Source of the DNA: an uncultured Hyphomicrobiales bacterium
GTDB taxonomy: Bacteria; Bacteroidota; Ignavibacteria; Kapaibacteriales; UBA7675
NCBI GenBank assembly: GCA_964445695.1
Contig: CAYULF010000028.1
Location: 7,103-71,102 of the forward strand
DNA: 64,000 nucleotides
Reading direction: 5' to 3'
Shown: in pieces, positions 1 to 9,300 of the stretch
Numbering within the stretch: position 1 is the stretch's first letter
Layout of the letters: each line of letters starts with the position of its first letter
Program-made: the position numbers and the translations under genes
The notes under the pieces: generated by a model
The model's database searches: none
Told to the model about the DNA's origin: nothing
The model's input: only the letters and a program-made list of their open reading frames with translations

Positions 1-508
1 CCGAATCGTAGAAGTAGCGGCGATTGCTCAGCGCAATCAGACCGTTCGTTGAGACGTAAAAACTGTCGTAACGGATACCGTTAAAATAAAACGGAAACCC
101 GATGCGCATCGGCCCCGCAAAGGCGTTGTCGGTTGAGTCGTCTTTGTTGCCCGGATTGCGGAAGTACATTTGTCCTTCCTCAAACGAATCCCAATATTCC
201 GCCGGAAACTGGTTCGGGCCTGAGATAATGCGACGCCAGGTACCACGCTCAGTCGTGGTATCGACAAAGAGCTCCGACGGCTTGGGCGTATAGGGATCGC
301 CGGCGCCGTCTTCACTGTCCACAATGTAATAACCGGTCGAGATCGGCGGCGAGGTGCGCGGCCAATCCGCTTCGGTGTCGAAAGGTTGAGGATAGGACGC
401 TCCCGCGCTTCGCCTCAACAGCTCATCGGCCGAGCCTTTTCCGCCGGCAAGCAATGGGATACTGCCGAGCAAGGTCAGGGCCAAAACAGCCAGAAATGCA
501 CGTTTCAT
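1..508 (-). CDS. 5' part (169 codons, runs off left edge) of a fourth ~1500-aa secreted surface-protein paralog; near-identical to the N-terminus of 11362-15870
   Basis: Not in the ORF track. Hand translation from the ATG at 508 gives MKRAFLAVLALTLLGSIPLLAGGKGSADELLRRSAGASYPQPFDTEADW...GFPFYFNGIRYDSFYVSTNGLIALSNRRYFYDS. It is collinear without gaps with 15363-15870, and a GGAG SD lies upstream. Confidence 0.95.
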   Translation of the reverse strand, partial: MKRAFLAVLALTLLGSIPLLAGGKGSADELLRRSAGASYPQPFDTEADWPRTSPPISTGYYIVDSEDGAGDPYTPKPSELFVDTTTERGTWRRIISGPNQFPAEYWDSFEEGQMYFRNPGNKDDSTDNAFAGPMRIGFPFYFNGIRYDSFYVSTNGLIALSNRRYFYDS

Positions 509-1042
509 AAAACACTCCAAATGTGCAGGTCATATTCAATTTGTTTAATCATCTGGGCTTACGGATGTCATCGCTCTGCAGGGTTTAACCTGCGCGGGTG
601 TTCGAGGCGTTAATCATCACCTTCAATCACACGGGGTGGTTGTATCGTGGTCCGGCTTCGTTCTGCACGACGCAGACAAGCCGACCATCCGGTCGCGTGT
701 GACTCCGCAACTGACCGCGTGCAGGAAACTCTACGCGGTCACTCTGTTAACTGGTGTTTCATGCCGGCCTCCGTGACTATTAACGTTTTGTGTGTGGAAC
801 TGTGGCTGGTACAGAGGCACAGAACCGCATCTCCGGCTCCGTTGTACAACAACAGACCGGATGACTCAAGGTCCGGGCAATATGATCTGAAATTCGGGCG
901 GTAATTGTCTTGCAGGCATTGATCACGTGCTACGGGCGGAGGGCGCGCAGATCAATGGTCCACAATTTAAACGGGCAAGATTTAAACAAACGGCGCTGGT
1001 CGGGCGGCTGTTCCAGCATCTGAGGGTATGGTTCGGCGATGG

Positions 1043-1068
1043 AACACAGAGACGCGCGTCGGGTTACA
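1043..1068 (-). promoter_or_regulatory. Conserved motif TGTAACC-N14-GTGTT (ECF-sigma-like promoter candidate), upstream of the paralog starting at 508
   Basis: Plus strand has AACAC at 1043-1047 and GGTTACA at 1062-1068. The same spacing is seen upstream of all four paralogs. Confidence 0.7.
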
Positions 1069-1107
1069 GTTGATCTATAAAAAGGATTTTCACACGGTGG
1101 AATTATT

Positions 1108-1169
1108 CTGAGCGCTTCGCTTCCTTCGCACGGCTCGGCAGCTTGCTCTACTATTTTGTTTGTCATTGA
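1108..1169 (-). repeat. Dispersed intergenic three-block motif, copy 1 (TGACAAACA-N9-AGCAAGC-N20-GCGAAGCGCTC)
   Basis: The same three blocks in the same order recur at 51488-51541 and 54284-54340. Confidence 0.7.
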
Positions 1170-1326
1170 GTGGCATGTGACCGGCCTGTGCACTTGTTTA
1201 CGGCGGGTTGGCAGATTCACCGGGAGGCTTGAGACTTATCTCTGCGCGACGAACAAGATAATCGCGCCAAGCCTGAGGCCGCCGCAGCGGCTAGGCCTCA
1301 AAGCGCTGTTTAAAACGCACAGCCTG

Positions 1327-1368
1327 AAAAATAGCACGTCGCCCCGATGTTTGGATCGGGACGACGTG
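1327..1368 (-). terminator. Intrinsic terminator of the 1399-5883 gene
   Basis: Hairpin CACGTCGtCCCGAT-ccaaac-ATCGGGgCGACGTG followed by CTATTTTT on the minus strand, 30 bp after the stop codon. Confidence 0.8.
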
Positions 1369-1398
1369 TATGCGCGAGTGTTGTCTTTGAGATGATGT

Positions 1399-4300
1399 TT
1401 AACGCAATACCTGCAGCACCTGCACCTTGTGTAGTTTACCAATGGTCAATCGACAGAAATAAGCGCCGGCCGCTACCTCCGCCCCATTGTCGTCACGCGT
1501 ATCCCAGGCTATGCTGTGCCGCGGGTCGGCAGACAACACGCCGTCGTGAAGAACGCGAACGGGATTTCCGAGTGCATCATAGAGTTCGAGTCGCACGTGC
1601 GATGCGGACGGAATGTTAAATATTATATCGGTTCCGGACCGGCAGGGATTTGGCGTGTTCGTCAGTTCCAGGTCATCGGCAAAATCGTAACTCACAACAA
1701 CTGAAGCAGAGAACTCTGTAGTTCCGTCGTAGTCGACCTGGCGCAGGCGGTATTCGTACGTTGCGCCGCGCTGCGCTTCGGCATCAAGGAAGTCGTAGTG
1801 CTGTTTAATTGTCGAAGAGCCATGTCCCTGTACAAAGCCCAGTGAATTAAAGTCGTTATGGCTGCCGGCGGGCCGGCGTTCGACGTAGAACCCGGCATTG
1901 TTTAACTCGGACGCCGTATTCCACAGAAGCTCAACACCGGACGGCGGCGCGGCAAAGCCCGCAAAGTCAAGCAGTTCTACCGGCTTGAATTCATTCGTGT
2001 AAATCGGCGGATCGGCGAAGTCGCGGAAACCGGTGTACAGGCGCAGCATGGGAATCCAGCTGCCGCGGCTGAAAGTGTTAATCTCGCCAACTTGTCCGGC
2101 GTGTGTCAGGTGCGCGTACCCGGGATTGCCGATGTTTGGTGTGAAGTCGCCGAACTCAAAACTCCCCGGGTCGTTTTCGTACAGAAAACGGCGACCGTTG
2201 AGCAGATCGTTGGCCCGGCTCATTTCCCGCAATCCTTCCTCCAATAGAATACTCAGACCGGAAACGCCGAGCTCGGGTGTTGTTCCATAATTGAGCGTCT
2301 GCATGCCCATGCGATGCGCGGAACCGCCCAGTTCAAAACCGCGCGAATCGAGCTGACTGATGTAGAGCCAGTAAACACCGGGTTCGAGAATGAGCGGCTG
2401 CGGCAACAGGTAGGTGCCGTAGGCATCAAACAGTTTATCGGTTGTTACAGAATCGCCGGCGGCGTCCAGGTCAAAGTCGCCACGCTTGCGGGTTGTGACG
2501 GAACCCGTTAACGTAACCGCCGCAGGCGCGCCCGAGTTTGAACGATACATGCCGAACTCCACCAGGTCGGCTTGCGTATTGAGCCCGCCAAAAAAAGCCT
2601 GGTAGCCCAGAATAGTATCGGGTTTGTCAATGTCAAATCTGACGAATATCCGACCGGGACCGTCGCCACCGTCCGCGCCATAGGCGCTGCCTGAATTAAA
2701 CAAGGCGCTGCTTTGTGCGCCGAGGTTAATCCCCTTGCCCGCCACGCCCGAAAATGCCGGGACGTCGTTGCGTCCCTGAACCTGCGGATGGTCGTGTGCA
2801 ATGAAGTTGTTAAACTGCAGGTCGTAGAAATCATGCACAAAGTCGTTCAGTTCATTGCCGTCTCCACCCGGCAATATCAACCGCGCACAAAGCTGATAGC
2901 GACCTGGCCTGGTATTCTGGCCATGCCACCTCGGAAAAACCTTAACGGTCTGTGTCTCACCGCGCAGAAAAGGCAGCGTCTGAGCGCGTGAGTACACCGT
3001 GCGTAAAAGCGGATCGCCGCGCTCCATAATCTGCACCCAACAGGCAAAAGCGCGGCTGGGCGATTCACTGTTGTTAACAATTGTCACCAGCGGCCGCAGG
3101 CAATTGGCGACGTTGGCCGGAAATGCCGTCTTGGCAATACGTTCGATTTCGACGCTGCTCACTTCCAGATCGACACCTTCTTTGTCAGTCAAGATGGCCA
3201 CGTTGTCGACAAAAAAGTCGTCGGCGTCGTCGCGAGGATAAGCCGGCAGACCGTTGTTTTGCGCTTTGACGGCGAACCTGACGCGCAGCAATGACTGGCC
3301 ATCCTGCGCCGCTTTTAACATAAAGCTCGGGATTTCAACAAAACCTTTGTTAAAGACAAAGTCCTTGCCCGTGTCGAAGGGAAAGTAGCGCAGCCCCTGA
3401 GCCACGGTCAACGATGAATCGCGATCCTGTTCGCTGAAGCCGCGGCCATACCCGCCGCCGCCGAAAATTGTCAGCGCCGGATTGTCCGTAATCGGGTTTT
3501 CAGGGTCCCGTGAATTGTAGTGAACACTCCAGCCGTCATCCGGAATGTTAACCAGACTGTTTAATCCCGAAGCGTCGGGATAGGCCAGGTGAACTTCCAG
3601 CTCATCCGGCTGCTGAACCGGCGTCGTTGTCCAGTCACTGTTTTGAATTACGCGCGCTTCCGGCCCCACGCGCAGTTCATCCGACCATCCGCGATCAAAG
3701 GTATTGGACGGCGGCCGCCCTGTGCGTTGATACGAAAAGGATAACAGCGCAGTCTCCGCGTCGCCCAGGTCAATGGGATAAGAAATCAGTTCATCGCCGT
3801 CCGGCGCCAGATCGCTGCCGTCCAGATCGAGGCGGTTGAGCCGCATGACGGGCGAATCATAACTTAAAGTGAAGTTCTCTTCCACATCGACCCTTTCGCG
3901 CGGCGGCGGCGGATGAAATGTATTTGCCGTCCCGTCTACAACTTCCACGCCCTCGGAGCGCCAGATGCCGGCATTGGGAAGCGGCCCGGTTTGTTTTGTG
4001 TAGTCAAAATCCGAGGCATTGTCATACAATCCGTTCAGAACCCGCATCCCGTAGACTTGCACTTTTTTAACATTGTCGAAATTCCACGGCTCGGGGTACT
4101 CCAGACCGTTGCAGGCGTAAGGTTCAGCCAACGCCGAAAAACTCAGCCGACCAAAGTGCTCCGGCTTTCCCTGCATCAGATCTTCCACCGGCGGAAAAGT
4201 CACTTCAACAAAGGCATAGGGCGGCACGCCGTTGCCGTTAAACACAAGCGGCCGACCGGCGTGATCAATCAGTCGCACGCCGCTGTTCTCGGGGTCGGCA

Positions 4301-5883
4301 AGGGCGGCGCTGTCGACGCATTGAATGTACGTAGCAATGGTTTGATTCGCGCGCAGATCATTCGTCAGTCGATACGACACCAGGAAGTTGATGTCCTGAG
4401 CCTGATAGTTAACACCGTCCGGTCCCTGGATGTCGTTTGAAAGATTCTGGAAGACCGCGACCGGCTGAAAACTGCTCAGATCCTTGTTTCCCGGTACAAC
4501 TTCAAAGTGGTCAGGATCTTCGGCTGAAACAGAATACGAGCCATCGAGTGGGTTCCTGCCGTAGAGGCGCAGGCTGACGGTCCGCAGCACATTGCGCAGT
4601 TGTGCAAATTGCACAGCCGTTGATGCTCCCATAACATTCCGGGTCTGACGTTGGTACTCGGTCTCACGCAGAAACACCTGACCGTTGTGCACCGCTTCCG
4701 TGTATTGTGAATAACGCCGCACCTCGCCCTGTGAGTCGCGGTAACGCGCCTTGCCGCGCACGCCTACAGTGGCATTCCGGCGCAGAATCGCGGCGGGATT
4801 CAGCTGTCGGCCATTAACCTCGACCTCGCTCACCGAATAACGCTCCGGAACAATTGCGATCGCGCCGTTATCGTGTTTTAAGGTGATCTGGGCGCTGATG
4901 GAAAAGTTTGGCGTAGCTGCGCCGGGACGGATGTTTGCTTTAAAGTCGATATCCGGCAAGGGCTGGTTGGGATGTTCTTTTTTACCGAGAGGCGAAAGGT
5001 TAACAAAGTAGATGGTCAGCTCCCGCCCGTCACGCGAACGACGGTACCAGACCTGACCGTAATCTTCCACGCGGTTGGTCTGACTGTTAAACTGCGAGAG
5101 ATGCCAGTCGTCCCAGAACGGCGCAATAATCGGCGCATCATCAATCAGGGCGGAGCCGTTGATTGCATCGTCATTCAGAGCCGTGTTGCGCGGCGAACGG
5201 ATACCGCCAAGCGGGTTGTGAACGTCGCCACCACAGGCCACGTGCAGAAAACCCCAGTCGTCGGCCACGGCATCGTTAAGTCCTTTTGTGAACTGTGCGT
5301 CGGTGCGCGGACGCGTGTCGTCGCTTTCATCGTCCCAGGCCGTTGCAGCGCCCGCGGGAATTGTTCGCTGCCCACTCTCATCGTAGTGGTAGCGCCGATT
5401 ACTGAGCGCGATCACGCCATTGCTCGAAACGTAAAAACTGTCGTAGCGCACGCCGTTGAAGTAAAACGGAAATCCAATCTTGATCGGACCCGCAAACGCA
5501 TTGTCGGTTGAATCGTCGGCATCGCCCGGATTGCGGAAATACGCATGTCCTTCCGGGTGCGTTGTCCAGTGCTCAGATGGAAATTGATTTGGACCTGAAA
5601 TGATCCGATACCAGGTGTCCACTTCTTCGTCAAGCGAATGCAGCAGTCTGGTCGGATCGGGAACGTGACGTGATTCCGACGGGTCTTCGCTGTCGAGCAG
5701 ATAGTAGCCGGTCGAAATTGCCGGTTCATCACGCACCCAGTCGGATTCGGCGTTGAATGGTCCTGGTATCGATTGACCGCCAGTATAAACCGTAGTTTCG
5801 TCGCTCGCCTTTTTGGCCTTAAGCGGAATTGCCATGGATAGGGCAAACAAACACAGGATAGAAATGCGTAGCAGATGTGTCAT
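1399..5883 (-). CDS. Large secreted surface protein (~1494 aa) with T9SS type-A/FlgD-Ig-like C-terminal domain; paralog C
   Basis: Signal peptide MTHLLRISILCLFALSMAIPLKA, with a GGAGG SD before the ATG at 5883. N-terminal IGFPFYFNG...YVSSNG...IAPFWDD block. C-terminal PVEL..F.G...LW.TASELNNAGFYVERR Ig module, then TPNP...IFNIP...LELYDALG...WDTRDDNG...GAYFCRL. Confidence 0.92.
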   Translation of the reverse strand: MTHLLRISILCLFALSMAIPLKAKKASDETTVYTGGQSIPGPFNAESDWVRDEPAISTGYYLLDSEDPSESRHVPDPTRLLHSLDEEVDTWYRIISGPNQFPSEHWTTHPEGHAYFRNPGDADDSTDNAFAGPIKIGFPFYFNGVRYDSFYVSSNGVIALSNRRYHYDESGQRTIPAGAATAWDDESDDTRPRTDAQFTKGLNDAVADDWGFLHVACGGDVHNPLGGIRSPRNTALNDDAINGSALIDDAPIIAPFWDDWHLSQFNSQTNRVEDYGQVWYRRSRDGRELTIYFVNLSPLGKKEHPNQPLPDIDFKANIRPGAATPNFSISAQITLKHDNGAIAIVPERYSVSEVEVNGRQLNPAAILRRNATVGVRGKARYRDSQGEVRRYSQYTEAVHNGQVFLRETEYQRQTRNVMGASTAVQFAQLRNVLRTVSLRLYGRNPLDGSYSVSAEDPDHFEVVPGNKDLSSFQPVAVFQNLSNDIQGPDGVNYQAQDINFLVSYRLTNDLRANQTIATYIQCVDSAALADPENSGVRLIDHAGRPLVFNGNGVPPYAFVEVTFPPVEDLMQGKPEHFGRLSFSALAEPYACNGLEYPEPWNFDNVKKVQVYGMRVLNGLYDNASDFDYTKQTGPLPNAGIWRSEGVEVVDGTANTFHPPPPRERVDVEENFTLSYDSPVMRLNRLDLDGSDLAPDGDELISYPIDLGDAETALLSFSYQRTGRPPSNTFDRGWSDELRVGPEARVIQNSDWTTTPVQQPDELEVHLAYPDASGLNSLVNIPDDGWSVHYNSRDPENPITDNPALTIFGGGGYGRGFSEQDRDSSLTVAQGLRYFPFDTGKDFVFNKGFVEIPSFMLKAAQDGQSLLRVRFAVKAQNNGLPAYPRDDADDFFVDNVAILTDKEGVDLEVSSVEIERIAKTAFPANVANCLRPLVTIVNNSESPSRAFACWVQIMERGDPLLRTVYSRAQTLPFLRGETQTVKVFPRWHGQNTRPGRYQLCARLILPGGDGNELNDFVHDFYDLQFNNFIAHDHPQVQGRNDVPAFSGVAGKGINLGAQSSALFNSGSAYGADGGDGPGRIFVRFDIDKPDTILGYQAFFGGLNTQADLVEFGMYRSNSGAPAAVTLTGSVTTRKRGDFDLDAAGDSVTTDKLFDAYGTYLLPQPLILEPGVYWLYISQLDSRGFELGGSAHRMGMQTLNYGTTPELGVSGLSILLEEGLREMSRANDLLNGRRFLYENDPGSFEFGDFTPNIGNPGYAHLTHAGQVGEINTFSRGSWIPMLRLYTGFRDFADPPIYTNEFKPVELLDFAGFAAPPSGVELLWNTASELNNAGFYVERRPAGSHNDFNSLGFVQGHGSSTIKQHYDFLDAEAQRGATYEYRLRQVDYDGTTEFSASVVVSYDFADDLELTNTPNPCRSGTDIIFNIPSASHVRLELYDALGNPVRVLHDGVLSADPRHSIAWDTRDDNGAEVAAGAYFCRLTIGKLHKVQVLQVLR

Positions 5884-6161
5884 CCCAGCCTCCGTAGCTG
5901 TTAACATTTTCGGTGAACAATGCGGTCAATGCAACGGCAGGAACCTGCGACAACTTAGCCGTTGCAAACCAGCGGGCGGACGGCTTGACGTCCGATTAAA
6001 GCGATCTGAATGTGGGACCGGCGGCTGTAGCTGCATCATTGAAGCAGTCGAACGGGCGTCTGGATTGCAATTCAATGACACTCAGTCAATCCGCGCAACT
6101 GTTTAAAAGCCGGTTTTGGGCAAGCGGCTTTTCAGTATCGGAATGTATGGTACGGCGACTG

Positions 6162-6187
6162 AACACCGGGGCGGCGCTGTGGTTACA
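6162..6187 (-). promoter_or_regulatory. Conserved motif TGTAACC-N14-GTGTT upstream of paralog C
   Basis: AACAC at 6162-6166 and GGTTACA at 6181-6187; 35/48 ungapped identity of 6145-6192 with 1026-1073. Confidence 0.7.
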
Positions 6188-6290
6188 GCTGAATTAACCG
6201 AGCGGCTGGATTTATTGCACTTAAACAAATTGCCTATGGGCAACTGCGCGAATCCAGGGTGCGGGAATATCAAACTCTTCCGGACCTGGG

Positions 6291-6338
6291 AAAAGTAAAG
6301 ACAGAGGAGGTCCCCGTGTTTCTTACAGCGGGGACTTC
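6291..6338 (-). terminator. Intrinsic terminator of the 6371-10891 gene
   Basis: Stem GAAGTCCCCG/CGGGGACCTC (6307-6338) followed by a T-rich run on the minus strand. Confidence 0.65.
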
Positions 6339-6370
6339 ATTGCACAACTTAATGCTCGCCGGTCTGCCGC

Positions 6371-9300
6371 CTATCTGACGACATTGAGCATGCGTACGAC
6401 CGTTTGTTCGCCAACCGTCAAGCGGCAAAAATACAAGCCTGCGGCTACCTGCAGGCCGCGCTCATCGCGGGTATCCCATTTTACCGTAGTGCGCGCAGTC
6501 GGGCGCATTTGACCTTCAGTTAACAAACGTATTGTATTGCCGAGCACATCCTGTATTTCCAAACGAACGGCAGCCGACGCCGGCAGACCAAAAGAGATAT
6601 CCGTTGACTCACTGATCGGATTGGGTGTATTTCTCAGGTCAAGTGAGTCGGCGTAGTCGTACTCAACCGTGACGGAACGCGAATACTCGACAGTCCCGTC
6701 GTAGTCGACCTGACGCAGGCGGTATTCGTAGGTCGTCCCTCGCTCCACTTTGGAATCGAGCAGGTCGTAGTTTATCTGCCGCGTTGCCGTTCCTGCGCCT
6801 TTGACAAAACCAATGGAATTAAACTCGGCACTGTACCCGACTGTGCGTCGCTCAACATAAAAGCCCGCATTGCCAGACTCCGAAGCAGTCAGCCAATACA
6901 ATTCAATTCCCCTTGGCGGCAGAGCTTCACCGTCAAAACTGGCGAGCTCAACCGGCGGAATAATTGGACAGTTGAAGGGATCAATGTAGATCGGTGGATC
7001 AGCCCAGGTCCTGGGACCAAAATAGGGTCTCAACATCGGAATCCACGAACCGCGTGTATACGTTCGCAGTCCATTGATTTCTCCGGCGTGATCCAGGTGT
7101 GCGTAGGCCGGATTTCCGACGGTCGGAGTGAATTGTTGCCAGTCGTCGCCGAAAAGACTGTTAACATACAAGAAGTGGTTGTCGTTGATCAACTCTCCCT
7201 GGCGCGTGCGCGTGCGGAAGTTGTGTGACAGCATCATGCCGGCGCTGCTGCCGCCCGGCTCCGGTTTTGTGGTATAATTTAAGGTCTGCATTCCCATGCG
7301 GTAGGCCGAAGCTCCCAGTTCAAGACCTTCCTGACCAGTTTGTGAAATTACCATCCAATATTTTCCGGGTGGTAAAACAAGCTCCTTGGGCAACAGATAT
7401 GTCGCATACTCGCCAAATATCAGATCGTCGGTAGCGCCGGTAGACGGCTGTTCACGTGCATCCAGATCGTAGCGCCCGCGTTCACGCCGCATGAAAGATC
7501 CCGGAAGTGGGTTTGGAGCCGGTATTCCCCCCTCGTTTTCGTGAATCGCAAAGTGAACTTCCTGTGTATTGTCTGCAAGAGCCGCAAAATATGGCTGATA
7601 ACCGAGAATTGTATCCTGCCGCGACAGTCCAAACTTAACTGCAATCCGTCCGCTCACACTACCGGCATCATCGCCGAACGCCGTCGCGGATGAAAAACGC
7701 CCGCTGTTGTATGCCCGCAGATTTATTCCCTTGCCTGGCGTCTCTGCAAATGATTCAGCGCTGTTTGTACCGACAATGTCCGGTTTATCATAGGCGAGAA
7801 CATTGGCAAAATCCAGAGTGTAAAAACTGCTCGTGATGTCGTTTAAGGGATTTGGATCTCCACCGGGGACAAGTACCTTTGCTGCTGCAAAGTATGTCAG
7901 CGACCGGAACTGACGCGAATTCCAAATCGGAAATATCTTGACCGTTTCAGTTTTGGCGCGTAAAAAAGGCAGGGTCTGAACCCAACAATAGGCGATCTTT
8001 TCGGTTCCGCCGCCTTTTTCACTCAGCATCGCGACAGCACTAAAAGCACGCGACGGCAGATTGCTGTTGTTCACGATCTTGATCTGAATCGGAATCCCTT
8101 CGGCCTGGCTGGCCGGAAATGCCGAGTATGGAAAAGCTTCGTTCTGTTGACCGATTGTCACCGTGCTCATTTCCAGATCAGGTGTTTCTGTCGGCGGCAT
8201 GACCACGACATTATCGATGTAAAAATCGTCAAAGTCGTCGCGCGGATATTTAACTATTCCATCGTCTTTTGCTTTGACTTTTAACTTGAATCTGAAATAG
8301 CGATTGCCGTCGCTGGGCGCATTGAGTATATAGTCCGGAACACAGACCCAGGCTTTAACAAAAGCGGGGTCGCTGCCCGCATCGAGCGAGTCGTAACGCA
8401 GTCCCTGTCTTCGCGTCAGAGCCGAATCAGGATTGTCTTCGTGAAAACCGCGCCTGTACCCGCCTCCGCCAAAAACGGTAAATGCGGGATTGTCGACAAT
8501 CGGATTGTCGAGATCGGCAATGTTGGGATGCACGCTCCAGCCGTCATCAGGAATATTGACAATGTTGTTAAAACTATCAGGGCTGGGATTGGCAAAGTGC
8601 AGTTCCAGTACGTCCGGCTCCTGCAGCGGTGCAGTCGATTCCCATTGTCCATCTTCCACCACGCGCACCTCGGGTCCGATGCGAATCTCATCAGACCAGC
8701 CGCGATCAAACGTATTGGCCGGCGGAATACCGGTGCGCTGATACGAAAAAGATAAAACAGCGGAGGATCGTCCGCGCAAATCAATCGGAAATGAGATGAG
8801 CTCATCGCCGCCCGGTGTCTGGTCCCGGCCATTCTCATCGATGCGATTCATTCGCATGACTGGTCCAACCAGCGTAATATCAGGATTGCCGGGCGCTTCC
8901 ACCACATCGATCGGCGGCGGCGGATTGAACGTATGTTTCCTGCCGTCGACCGCTTCAGCACCATGTGAAACCCATTTGTAACTGTCGGGAATCGTACCAT
9001 TACGCCTGGTGAAATGGAAGCCGGAAACGTTATCGTAGAAGCTGCTTAACACCTGCAGCCCGTGCAGCCGAATACTGCAGGTATTGTCAAACGTCCACTC
9101 TTCCCCAAGCTTAACATCGGTGCAAGATAGATTCTGCGCCAACGCGTCCGCACGCAGCCGCCCAACAAGGTCAGGCTGGAAATTTGTTTCAAAGTCCGGG
9201 AAAGCAACCTGGACAAATCCATATGGAGGCACGCCGTTGCCGGTAAACTCCAGAGCCTCGCCCTTGTAGTTAACAAGTTGTACACCCGTTAAATCGCTGT

